DNA of 59,881 nucleotides, filler included, from Sphacelaria rigidula (taxonomy: Eukaryota), in NCBI GenBank assembly GCA_964200075.2. It is 10 parts of 10 records of this genome, joined end to end, with 100 filler letters (N's around TTAATTAATTAA, not from the genome) between each part and the next. Parts side by side here need not be neighbours in the genome. Positions count along the whole stretch, not along the records: positions 23,995 to 29,892 come from CAXNAA020023642.1; positions 29,993 to 35,890 come from CAXNAA020023643.1; positions 35,991 to 41,888 come from CAXNAA020023644.1; 7 more parts are not named here. One strand, written 5' to 3'. This document shows, in pieces, positions 25,754-38,029 of this stretch (the stretch's first letter is position 1; each line of letters begins with the position of its first letter). The notes beneath the pieces are model-generated. The model did no database searches. It had not been told where the DNA came from and saw only the letters and a list, made by a program, of their open reading frames with translations. Both the position numbers and the translations under genes were made by a program.

Positions 25754-26867
25754 GTGAGTGCTAGTTATAGGTAGTGCTCCCGCACCACCCCCGTCCAAGT
25801 ATGATGAGTAGTGCTTAGCGATCGTGCTTCACTGAAATGGTGAGCATTGGACGTCGGTGCGCGGTACGTGAAAATTAACGGAAATTAAAAAATATATCGG
25901 TTGCTGTTTCAAGTAGAGATGAGAAAATACCAGATGACCCTCATTTGACAGCGGAATTCCGGTGACGCTTACCGTTCGTTGGGGTATCTGCGTTGTATCA
26001 TGAGTACATACTGTTGGATCGACATCCAGGGCGAGAAAGTGGCTCAATGAGAACGCTAAACGTTGGTTTGTAGGGACGGAGGGATGGTGGGGGGGCTATC
26101 GTGCAAGGTATTTCTCCACAGTGCGCTCACTCACTGATGTCTGAGTACAAACGAAATACACAATGGAGCCGCTTCGATGCGTCAATATAGGCATCGAACT
26201 TCATTTTCATGCCCCAAGCATCAGGGTGACACACGGTTCCAAATCGCATGACAAAGTCTCCACCCACAAACCAGGACATCGTGAGAGTGTGGGGCTGTGT
26301 ACTGTAACACACCGGTAAACAGTTGCGTCTCGTGCAATCCACACACACACACATACACACACACACTTTTTTTAGAAAAAGCCGATGTTTATAGTTTAAT
26401 CATTCGGCTTGAAATGGTTACAACAAAATGTTCGTGAGATCCAGATCGCCATCGTTTTTAAAGAACCTGGGCCATTTTTTAGATTCTGCAGCCGAAGTGA
26501 ATGACAGATTGTACAGCCGGTGCACCATGAAAAAACGAAAAGCCTTCCCTCGTAGGAACAATATGCCGCGTTTGGTTCCTCGATCCGACAGGATCCGGCG
26601 AAGTCACAGCAGTCCCATCAAAATCGGCCAATTGACAAAATCGGTGGCGTTTCTTACATGTCCATCGTGGAACATTCTTCTATAACTCTCATACCATGGG
26701 GAAAATCGCATATTGCCGTTTAGCAATCCAGGTCAGCCTATACTACTTTATGCACAAGTATGTGCGTTACGCATTATGAGACGAAAACTACTACTGGTAC
26801 GTTTTTCGCCAGGATGTAGTGCTGACGGTCGCGGCTTTCCCTTGCATGCGTAATACTTGCCGCCCAG

Positions 26868-27122
26868 GTGGTATTTAGGGGGCCTTGGAGTATAATGACA
26901 CGCGAAGGTCTGCGCACGGATGTGTTCCCGGAGAAACTTTTCCCCGCCGGAGAGGTCTTCTTCTATCTCCCGTGGGAGGAAAACTACACGCAAAAGTACT
27001 TTCCAGACATTTTCATCGTTCACAACAACTTTATGAAGGGACATGACAACAAGGTCGCACGATTCAAGGCATACCAGTTCTGGGGCGTGGATGATATTTC
27101 CTTCCCGATGTGTGAGCGGTGA
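26868..27122 (+). CDS. GT77-like transferase, terminal exon
   Basis: CAG|VVF..LFPAGEVFF..IVHNNFMKGHDNKVARFKAYQFW..stop. Confidence 0.88.
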   Translation: MVFRGPWSIMTREGLRTDVFPEKLFPAGEVFFYLPWEENYTQKYFPDIFIVHNNFMKGHDNKVARFKAYQFWGVDDISFPMCER

Positions 27123-27420
27123 TGATACTGATGTTTACAGTACCCCCACGGTATTGGGTACTCCGCCAGGCTGTAGTAAAGTATCGAGCCTCAAGGAGTC
27201 GGGATTTCAATGAATAGTAGAAATCGTGGAGCGCTATGAGCAGCCATTCTGTAGACGAGGCGAACATAATCACCGGGGCGGTCGTAGATTGGAATTGAAG
27301 ACATTTATGCTTTATCTCCCCTTCCTGGGGAAGAGCGCGTTCAATTTTGACATTCTCAAAAGTTGCAGAAATAAAAAAGTACCAGAGCCGGCAATCTAAA
27401 ACGGATGCATGCGCTTTTAA

Positions 27421-27862
27421 TAGCCGATCATCGAAATTGAGGATGGACCTTTTCATCGAGGATGAGAACCCGGAGGATTAAAATCATCGTATCCACACCA
27501 AATCTTCGAAATATGGTTCCATTCCTTCACCTACTGGTAACTATTGGCAAGTACTACACGTCATACAAGTTGTGATTTCGATTACCTATATTATGTTTAG
27601 GTTCTAGGTAAAAAATCAATTTGGGAGAATTTCGGCGATCTGATCGGATCACCTAAATTCCCCATTTGTTTTCTTCATCTGGGACCCCAACATTTCGGTA
27701 ATCGAAATCCAAATTTCTAGGGCGTGTAGCAATTGTCAATAGCTACCAGTAGGTGAAGGAATGGAACCATATTATGAAGATTTATTGTGTATACGAAGAT
27801 TTTAATCTTCCAGATTCCGATCCTCAATAAAAAGCTCCATCATCGACTTCGATGATCGGCTG
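27421..27862. mobile_element. Foldback MITE-like element, ~140-bp arms
   Basis: TAGCCGATCATCGAA...TTCGATGATCGGCTG. Arms 27421-27562 and 27721-27862 are reverse complementary. No clear TSD. Confidence 0.8.
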
Positions 27863-29404
27863 TTTTTTCCCGTGTCTTCAAGTACGTACGCGCTTTGCTT
27901 CGAGAGTCTGACATCAGCTACCTCTGCAAAGCACAGGGTTGCTGCAATAAACGAAGACCATCGTGACTATTGTACTAAACCAATTAGAGAGCACTAACGA
28001 TAGGGATTTTGCCGGCGATGGCTTGCACTAGGTGGGAGCACCGGCGCCGCATCTCCGTAGTTCACGCTCTTCTCGCCTGTAATTATTGTACTTGATTGTT
28101 TTTTCGGTTGAATCCAGCAACGAACAGGTTAAGGAGCAATACAACCTCCATATCCGTAGTCAGTTTTGTGTGCTGCTGTGGCTCAAATCGAGAGGGGCGG
28201 GGTCTTGGAGTAGGAATCCATGGACATAGTCCGTCGTTCGAGGCCAATGCTATTGTGACTCGATGCTTCATTGAGTCCGCTGACTCCGCATTATGTTGTT
28301 CCTGCAAGGCTGGTAAGGAACGTGACATTAATCCAGGCGCAACCCTGCATATTGCCTACCTAGGAGGCCGTACCAACTGCAGGCCAGTAGCCACTCCCTC
28401 CAGTGGGCGAGGTCTGGGGGAGGGGTACTCCCGTTTTGTGAGGGGTACATTTGCAAATTATGACCAAGCAGTCTATGATTTGTGTTATTGAATTTTGTCA
28501 TGTTATTTTGGGAGGCGTATATTATTGGTGAACAGCAGATGCAAACTGTACGAGCGAGAGCTCGTGCTAGCATATCTTTACTCGTATTGACAAGATCCTT
28601 GAACGCCATGTGCTGATTGCGGAGCAATCGAGCACATGTGTGTGTATATACGTATATATATATATATATATATACCGTGTTGTGAACGTCATGGGCTTGA
28701 TGGAGAGATTTGGATGTAGAGACCACAATATGTGCAGGTCAACGGGCTTGTTGGAAGATGCTTGGATATGGATTATGGGTGATTCCGAGATAAGTATCGT
28801 TTTGTGTAGGACAGGTTGGAGGAGCCCAGACTACTGGTCGTGGGCTGCAGTGAATCTTCACGTGCATGTCTCTGCTTTGCTTTTGTTATGTTTCCTTTGG
28901 TATCGACCGATGACTATACATTATTTGGAGCTTTAGGTTTCTGTGAGAAAGGGTGTGGGCGTCTCTTGTTCTCACTCTCGTGTTGATCGCCGCATCCTTG
29001 GTATTTGACACCGCAGCTGAATCACAACTGCTTTTGGGACAACATCATCTCCCTTGCTTCCATGGGCAAGCCGAATCCCTACGGGTGAGCTTTGTGGATG
29101 AAGGCAGGCTCGTTTTTATTGTGCTGTCTATTTGATTATCCCCACGGCGCCACGCCAATGCGGTCAGCTTCACGCGCAATATATGTACGTTGTGAGAAGC
29201 CATTTTTTCAAGAAAAATCACTTAGCCAAAGCCTCTGCTCTGGTGCGACTCAGGATATTGTATCTTGACGTATTTGTGAGCCTCCATTTGAGGCACATTA
29301 ACTTGATTATTTTGATGCTTACAATCAATGAAAATGCATGACTAGACCTGCATCAAGATATACTCGAAATTCAAATGGATGGATTCCAACAGCCACTGCC
29401 AAAG

Positions 29405-29548
29405 CCGGTCGCCCCGGTGGCCCAGTTGGTAACCTCAAATTCCTCTGACGGTTGCGACGTAAGTTCGGATCTCGACGAAGTCACACGATCTGGGACTTTT
29501 TCTCTATATCACGCCCAGCAGTTGAGAGCGACCATGTCGTGGGTACTA
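29405..29548 (+). mobile_element. SINE 5' head, truncated
   Basis: CCGGTCGCCCCGGTGGCCCAGTTGGTAACC..GTTCGGATCTCG, with A and B boxes. Confidence 0.75.
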
Positions 29549-29892
29549 TAGCCTCTGCCAGACGATCTGGACAAGAGGACTATCCACGAGGGACTCTTCC
29601 AGTAGCACTGGCCTCATGCTCAACAAGTCCTTTCTTCTCACTTGTTATTATCACGCAGTGATCCTCAACAGACCGCATCGATAGCTAGACAGCAAGGGGG
29701 CACGCAGATGAGGGTCATCAATCCAGGATCCCCTGTCCCCTGCGACTGCTCCAATCATGCATGCCATTGTACTGAAACCTACGGCTTCGTATCATTTGGC
29801 TACAGCACCCCCAAAGCGAGTTCGAGACAAACGAACGAGCTTGACAACCAACACAAACCAAGGCGAAATCGCATGCGCCAGATCACAAAGAA

Positions 29893-29992
29893 NNNNNNNN
29901 NNNNNNNNNNNNNNNNNNNNNNNNNNNNNNNNNNNNTTAATTAATTAANNNNNNNNNNNNNNNNNNNNNNNNNNNNNNNNNNNNNNNNNNNN
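29893..29992. other. Artificial contig spacer
   Basis: N44-TTAATTAATTAA-N44. Confidence 0.98.
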
Positions 29993-31564
29993 CATTGTAG
30001 ACTTCTGTCACTCAAGATCAGATTGCCATGTGGACTCCTCCCATCACGGGCACATGGACTTCAATCCTCCCATCACGGGCACATGGACTTCAGCAGCTTT
30101 CGTTATTTTTGTATTAACCCTCAGCATAGTACAGGAGAACAGGACCATAGCCGCCCTCCACCAGAGTCCGGCAATCAGGCCCGCAACTCCACCTACAAAT
30201 ATCCCTAACCTTAGGTAACAATGATGGCTAGAGTCTACATGTCGATTATCCTTCAGTGAGTACAACATATTATTACCTCCGGTGCGTGTATCTTTTCATC
30301 ACTGCTTGATTATGGCAGGAGATCGCATTGTGCAAAAGTGTACTGCGTACAGTATGAAATATATTGTCTACTGCAATAGACGCTGTAGTCGATACTGTAT
30401 GTAGTGCACATCTTGACACTGTGTTCATTTGTTGACGGTGTGATCGTTTTACCACTGATGAATATCGTACTCGATCACCATAGGTGCAACAATGAATGAA
30501 TTATTGAATCCATCAATCGAACACGAGAAATCAAAGTCTGCAAAATATTGCATGCGTCGGACAGCTCATGAGCTACCTCAATATCACTTGTTATTGGTGT
30601 ACTGATCCGGATTATGAGCTAGCCCATGTGACCCCTGTATCCATATCTTCTCCCGACAACCCTGGAAGCCGTGCACGCGAAGTAGCGCAAACATAGAGCT
30701 TCGGCTTCTCAGGCACCGCTGTCACTTTCTTGTGTGTTTTGTACAACGAATTTGCGAGTTGGCTTCGATGACTTCTTTTGGTTAAGTCATGAGCTGTCGA
30801 ACGTGTGAAAACATGAAGGCTTCGGCGTTCCACACGTTTGGCACATATCGTTGCAAAATCTGTTCCCGTAGAGTTGATTAATAGAATAATTCATGGCGCA
30901 CACATTTTTTCCCCAGCAAACTGACCAGCAGCAGAAAGGCTTCCGGGAGCCGAGTAAGGCAGTAGAACAGCATAATATTGGCACAGATCGCGTGTTTATC
31001 AGGACGACACCCTACCGCAAGTATACTGATTATTGCGGTGTGTTTGTGTTGACGTGTGCGTAGTAGGGCAGAATCGCCAAAGCTCGTAAGAGTAGAGCGA
31101 CACGTGCTCTGCCCCAAGTTCACAGGGGGTTTCAATGGGTGCAACGCCCACACTGCCTTGAGCATAGCCACTGCGAACGGTCGAGGTGCCTACCCCCGTA
31201 TGACCACCGCACGATGACGTAGCCGAGCCACCGGGAACTCCCCCCTGCCCCCCCGGCCCCAATTATTGAATGGTTTTTGCGGTGTGTTTTTGTACGCGAA
31301 ACCGTTCGTGGGATAAGTGTTGAGTGCGGTTTCCTCTTTCCTTCCCGGTAGCCAGCCCGTGAAAACAAGAAACACCCGCATGACAAACAAGTCGGTTGGT
31401 TTTATTTCCGGCGCACCATTTTTATTCGCGCTGCCGGCGCACAGCCCATGTATGGTCTTGGTGGTGTGTGTTGAAAAAAAAAACATTTTCGCCTTTCAAA
31501 TCCCCACTTCGAAGGTGCTAATGATAGGGTTACGTATGTACCCTAAGATAAACCTGAGTTTTAA

Positions 31565-31663
31565 CCCTTTCACGGTCAGGGGTACGTCGCCTCGGTCACG
31601 CGGTGATTTTTCAATTGAAAGAGATGTCGATCCAACAAATGACCTGCCCTCGAGGTCAAAGGA
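31565..31663. mobile_element. piggyBac-like mini element (degenerate)
   Basis: TTAA|CCCTTT...CAAAGGA|TTGA; homologous to 58972-59073. Confidence 0.6.
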
Positions 31664-34073
31664 TTGATGGTAAACGTTTTCGAGTACCCTGTGCTCCAGG
31701 CTACGCAGGACATTGACTGCAAAAAATAGTGATAATTCCGTAGTACCTGGAGTATCGACAAAGGTGAAACATCCAATATATCATGATACCCACAGATATT
31801 CTGTACACTCCCCGACCTTCATCAGCGCCTTCAAATTCTCTGTCCTTGTGCACTTCATGTCCGACCGGTCCAAAACTTACGGGAATTGACCAGGTACCGC
31901 TCATGCACCGCTGTGGGTTTGCGGCATTATTCCCTGTTCGCCTGTGCAGCTTCGACCCGGTCGATCGAACATTCCTAATTCCAAACGGGACCCCCCACCC
32001 CTACATACACACAAACCCCGTTGTTTTTTGTTCCGTTGTATTTTCGTGCGAATAATGTGCGTTCGTGCACCTTGATTTTTTCAGGGAGCTCATTCCACAA
32101 AAAATAAGTCGTCGTGAAGTTCCTGATACCCGGTGCTTACTCGCAGCCCAGTTGTTCGTGAGGAGCGTGGATGAATGATTTGCAGTGTTCGTGCTGTATT
32201 GCGTGTGCTGCAGATGTGAAAGTAAGCGGAGCGCATGATCATGGTACAAGGTTTCGAGCCAATTGTCAGGCATTTCAGGACCTACGGCGGGGGTACCATT
32301 TTCGGAACAATATTCTGGAAAACGCCGATTTCGATGCGAAGCCTTTTCGGGAAACCTGTTCTGACGTGTCATGGAGGTTGTTTCAGGTTCCTAAAAGGAA
32401 ATTGTGGGTGACCGTTTAAAAAAAGACGACCAAAATTCAGGGTCGTTCAATAAGTACGGCACGGTTCACCGACGCATTTCTTCATACAGCGATCTTTGTG
32501 CAAGTTTTGGCTTGGTTTTCGTGAATAGTCATGCTACAGCAGGTGTTGTATATCTTGGCCCTGCTCTTTTTCATTCAGGGGCTCCTCAAGTTAGGAGTAC
32601 ACAAGAAAATTGGTCAGGTATTTCCCGTTTTTAAACTCATCTCGGAATTTCTCTAGCGCGTTGGAATGCCAATCGTGACGTGCTCTAAAATATTCCACTT
32701 CTACATATATATATATATATATGGATGCGATGGAGGGCTCCTAACGATTCGAATCTCAGAAAAACACTGGTGCACCCCCGCCATAGCACCACTCTGAAGC
32801 TCAACTCAACTTCAGGATCTGGGGAATCACGTCTACCATGATGAATCAGACATCGGAACACATCACAAGACGGTTTTGACCGCAGTAAAAGTCGTACCCG
32901 CAGTAATCCATGTATTCAGTGCGATTTATGCTGTGCAGAGTGGGGCCCCGCACTGTAAAGAATAGCGCAGCAATCAAGTGGGACCGCAGCCGTGTAGCTG
33001 TTGGTGAGTTATTCAATGAGAACCACTTTCTTTTTTTTCATCGGTATGTGGCACTGCATAATTAACTTGTCCCCGTCGCTCCTGCCCCTCGTGCCCTTTG
33101 TCGTTGCAAAAACTTGCAGCTCTACCCTTCCTGCACAAGACGGAGGTATTCCTTTACCCTGTCGTCGCAATTATAATGCTGCTGCTGCTGTCCATAATCC
33201 TGTGGCCGCTCAACATCAAGATAAACGCTACCAGAGAAATGGCGAAGTTGTATTTTGGTTGATTTCTCTTGTTTTCGATTTACTTTCTTGAGGAAAACTG
33301 GGCAGGGGCGGAGTGTATATGCTCCTTTGCGTACGTGTTCATTAATAACTGGAGTATGGAATGCTCCGTGTTGAGTGTCGTGAACCTTTATTGTTGTGTT
33401 TGCTGGCTTCAGCAAAATCGTGTTTTGTTGTGGTTAATATGCGCAATATATTTCCTGCGTGTTGTTCCTGTGCCTTGCTTTTCTTGCGCGGGTTACAATT
33501 TGTACGCGTAGGGAAGGGTCAGCGGACATGGCAACGCGCGATACCGGTAGGGAGAAAATCAGCCGCACTTGATGAAGTTGAGTAACTTTGTGATTTGGCA
33601 CGCATTAACTGATCCCACTACTAGTCCGGCCGTCACCACAAGACAGGCGCACTGTTTTGTTTTCTGTTCTTGTTTCACTTCTAACCCTTCCCTTGCTCGG
33701 GATCTGTCCGCCGTCTAATGGTCTCCAGATATCAACTGATGTCTTCTCCGATACGCGTAGTGTATTTTGGTATCGCGGATTGGATTAGCACGTTCGCATC
33801 GCGTGGCCTCACAATTTGACTTACTTAGCCAAGGGGTGGTGCTTCGGCAGGTGTTTACAAATATTTTCTGCCGTTCGAATTGTGAGGAGCCCTTAAGCTC
33901 ATGAAAAAAAACGACGGACGGTTTATGTAAGAGCACACCACGATTAGCATCCCGATGAGCTAGGAATGTCCCGAATGAAAGAGAGAACGGGATTGTCCTG
34001 ACCCATATTATTGTGTGGCTCTCAACTTACAGAACCCCTGAACGAGGGAGATCTAGGCCCAAATGTACATCCT

Positions 34074-34328
34074 GAGCAATGCTACGGTAGGTGTGCACTT
34101 TCTGCGCAGAATCTTGTCTGGTTCAGGGACTCCTAAGGGCTCTAGATGCACAAGAATATGGGACAGGGCATCCTCGTTTGTAGGTTCATTCGGGAGTCCC
34201 TGGCGCATTGGAATAGTAGTCCTGGCGTACATTCACATATTTCAGAAATTGGGTCTTGGATGAGATAAAGGGCTCCTAAAAATTCGAACCCCAGAAACGA
34301 TTTGTTCACCCCTACCGTAGCGTCACTC
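34074..34328. mobile_element. Sola-like MITE next to another Sola-like terminus
   Basis: GAGCAATGCTACGGTAGG...CCTACCGTAGCGTCACTC with flanks TCCT/ACCT. A further terminus CTACCGTAGGATGACTC ends at 34349. Confidence 0.65.
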
Positions 34329-34681
34329 ACCTCTACCGTAGGATGACTCCAAGCAGACTCTGTTCGTTAAGAAGGTGGCCGCCTCGGGTCCGGCTCAACA
34401 CGCGGAGATACCGTCGAACAGCGATACCAAACTTTTCTGGGATTGGCATCAGGCAGTCCGTGGAGAACGGAACAGAAATCGACAATCTACCGTTCGTGTT
34501 AGAAAACATTGCGCATGAAACGCTTTGCAGGTTGGAAGACACGTATTTTCATGGAGAAGAAACTCTCCGTACCCCCATTAGTGTTGTATGCGCTTGTAGA
34601 AACTCTACCGTCCTTCATCAATACCTGGCGGGGCCACTGGGAAGCCGTCCTCCCTCAGGTCTTGAGAGTCGTTTAAATTGG

Positions 34682-34949
34682 GAGTCATCCTACGATAGGG
34701 AAGGGGGTATTTGGTTGCACGAAAAACGAGGCTCATAAGTGTGTCAAATATCCTTTCACACTTGCGTTGCNNNNNNNNTGCGTTGCGCTTGTATCTGGTT
34801 CCAAACGGTGTCAGGCAGTATGGATGAGCGTTATTAATCCATAACAAGCTTGTTCGAACAACGGTTGCTGCTTTCACCGACGATCTGACTCGAAGTTTCG
34901 AGCAACAAATGGCCCAAAATACCTCCCCCCCCCTATCGTAGGATGACTC
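34682..34949. mobile_element. Sola-like MITE with TTGG TSD
   Basis: Perfect TIR GAGTCATCCTACGATAGGG / CCCTATCGTAGGATGACTC, with TTGG on both sides. Confidence 0.9.
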
Positions 34950-35890
34950 TTGGGTGGGTGTAGTCGGGAAAAGTCGACTGTTTAGGTTTCACACCTGCTG
35001 CGAATTTCGGTCGAGAGTAAGTACAGTAGAGCAACGAAAGCTAGCTATGATCGGGTTTGCCTGCAGTACTACCTACAGCGTTGTGTGAAAGCCACAAGAC
35101 CTTTGCCGTCGGCGGTTGATGGCGTGGGTCTTGAATGCAACGAAAAGTGGTTGATCGTAGAGCACTCTCGTCCCAGCTTGTGATGCATGATCTCCTCACA
35201 TCGGAATGATTCTGAAAAGCTACTCGTAGTGTACCGAGAACAATGTTTTCGTGAGATTGGGAGTAGAGGATACGATTGAGAGTGAAAAGCGGTCAATTAG
35301 TGAATGAATCGTTTCAGTTTCGGAATGCCTCCTCCACGAGGTCCGATATGCTTTTTGTAGTAGCTTGCCACTGAGGTCCTTGATATCCCTGGATGGGATA
35401 CCGACGTGTAGCTGTAAGCACATTCTAGTGATGAAGGCAAATAAAAGGACACACAGGATGAAAAAATGGCTGGGTTAAAGCGAATCACCAAAGCCACTCT
35501 CAATCAGCGCTCTACTCTCAATCTCACGAAAACGTTGTTCGAGGTGTTCACGCGACCAGCGTGTGCTTCAGATTGTAGCATGGACGGACTCCAATGTGCC
35601 ACACTAGCAACACTTATTTCACCACCATAGGTATCTGTTTCCACTCCGCATGTCAAGAAGGTCTCTACACGTGTTTGATCGCTCATACACCCCCCTCAAC
35701 TGGCGTGTGGCACGCTCTTCTCGTCGGGCACCCAGAGGGTCAGATGTGGGGAATATCAACGATGTAACACCCTTCAAGTTCAAATTGAATCTATTTGTTA
35801 TGGCCGCGCCACCGCCCTTGCTGGCATGTGTGTGACAGAGAACAGTAGTAGCAGTGACGGGAACATTGCCCTGTTTTTCAACGGCATGTT

Positions 35891-35990
35891 NNNNNNNNNN
35901 NNNNNNNNNNNNNNNNNNNNNNNNNNNNNNNNNNTTAATTAATTAANNNNNNNNNNNNNNNNNNNNNNNNNNNNNNNNNNNNNNNNNNNN
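35891..35990. other. Artificial contig spacer
   Basis: N44-TTAATTAATTAA-N44. Confidence 0.98.
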
Positions 35991-37541
35991 TGTTGACGAC
36001 ATTCTGGGGACACTGCATTTTATGGATATGGTTTGATTGTTGATTTTGGGTCTTATTTTTTTTTTCTTCCCATGACGCCGTCTGAAAACTCACGGAACAT
36101 GAGGACACCGAATCATTGTACCGGTTCGATTTTTTTTTCCTCTTTGCTTTGTGCTTGTGTTTGACAGTTACTGTTTTTTTGTGTTGATCGCCCCTTACCG
36201 TTGCCCGTACCCAAGAGGACTCGATCTCCATATGGAGTCTAAACTTTCTGTGGTGTGGGAGAGGTGTGGCTCGATACAAGTTCGTCCCTTCTGAAAAGCG
36301 ACTACACTTGAACGATACAGGATGGGCTAATGTGATGGTAAATGACTGAGGGCCTGAATTAAAACTAATTTCCTTGTGGATATGCAGATTCCCCAGAAAC
36401 GACCAGCGGGTATGGAAGGATTCTAGTCGAATGTGTGTTTGTATTATTGCCGCAGCGGGTTGAGTGTAAAAGGATTGTACCCGAATGGCTGCGTGTACCT
36501 GTCGCTACTACAGCTTTTGATTGGCTTGGGGTACAGTGCGCCACGTGGAGTAGTATTTCTATGACAAGATTGTATGCGTAGCTAGGAGTTTTTGAGGGTA
36601 ATCGTGTGCCGCATCGCCTACACAGGCACTCGCGATTCACTTGTCAGAGGAAGCCCTACCGTAGACTATTCACAAGAAGGAACATCAGCTTTTCACCTGT
36701 TCTGCGCAACGTCTCCCTGCTGGCGAGCTGTGACAAGCTAACAACACGAGTAAGTCACAAGTAACATAATTCCCTTATATCACAGTGGTGTCTCCTTTTT
36801 CGAAAGAGCTCAGTGCTTACTTTCAACCACAGCTGTCTACTGTCGACGACTGCCTTTGTGGGAGAAAAACATACGGTTTGAGTTACGAGCCGAAAACAGG
36901 ACCAGTGCGCCACATACTCTCCCATCTTGGGTCGTGGCCTGCTTTGCTTGCGATTACATCGCACTCTCCAATCTCAACCCTACTGCAGAAGCGGTAAATC
37001 TCTCCCGCTAGCGTGATAAACCACTCTGATGCGGGGGTAAGCGTCCACACAACTCAAGTGCCTGAACAGCAGTCAGTACCCTGGTTCAGGTAGATAACAG
37101 TAGTATAAAACACATTGTGGTTATCTCGTTGTCACTCTGCTTACTCAGTCAGTTCACCTCAATCACTCACACTCGGCTACTCAATAACACGCCCTCAATC
37201 TCTCCCACTCAATACCGCACCTACTCACTCACCGCACACACCAATGCATACCCCAAGAGCAAGGCAGACAGGGGGCACCCAAGACCAGACCTGAACGACT
37301 GACGGGGGCGATGCCCAGTTCGTTTGCCTGCGCGTGAAGTATGTTGTACTCGCATAACCTACGTCATTAGATATTATTCCTCTGATTAGTTACCTAATCC
37401 TCCGCAACCGCAACATGGTTGATGCTACTTGTGCCGCACTATATCCTGCATCAATCTTGTTAACGAGGTAATGACAGAGCGTGAGCATATTCAACCAAAC
37501 AAGGAACTTGTTTCCAGCCCACCACGCCGACTCGATCCTTG

Positions 37542-37554
37542 TAGCAGCAGTAGT

Positions 37555-37587
<33 letters not shown>

Positions 37588-37592
37588 CGCCT

Positions 37593-37623
<31 letters not shown>

Positions 37624-37846
37624 GACACTTTCTACGATAGCCCCCCCAAACAACCAGCTAACGTGTCAAGAAAACAATTGCCCATACAGCGCCTGACGTT
37701 CGGATTCAGGCTGCATGAAGCGCCTCACATTGGCGACATTGGCTAGAACGAACCTAAGCGTGGGAATTTCCCAGCTTCTCGTTGTGCTCGGTTTTTCCCA
37801 AAACCATGCACTTTTGGGGGGGGGGGGGGCTATCGTAGAAAGTGTC

Positions 37847-37906
<60 letters not shown>
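37542..37906. repeat. (CAG)n/(GTT)n microsatellites split by a MITE
   Basis: AGC/AGT run at 37542-37587, then GTT runs on both sides of 37624-37846. Confidence 0.9.
37624..37846. mobile_element. Sola-like MITE with TTGT TSD
   Basis: Perfect TIR GACACTTTCTACGATAGCCCC / GGGGCTATCGTAGAAAGTGTC, with TTGT flanks. Confidence 0.88.
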
Positions 37907-37907
<1 letters not shown>

Positions 37908-38029
37908 CTGTAGTTGCGAGCTACCATGCGTGCACATGTCACCATGAAGCGATTGTCGATGATAATGGAGTAGCGATGATTCTGCGAGCCGTGTCACCAT
38001 GTGTTCGTCAAATCCGTCCCGTGGGTATG

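Noticed and set aside
30030..30090. 28-bp tandem duplication
   Set aside because: Simple local slippage with no further structure.
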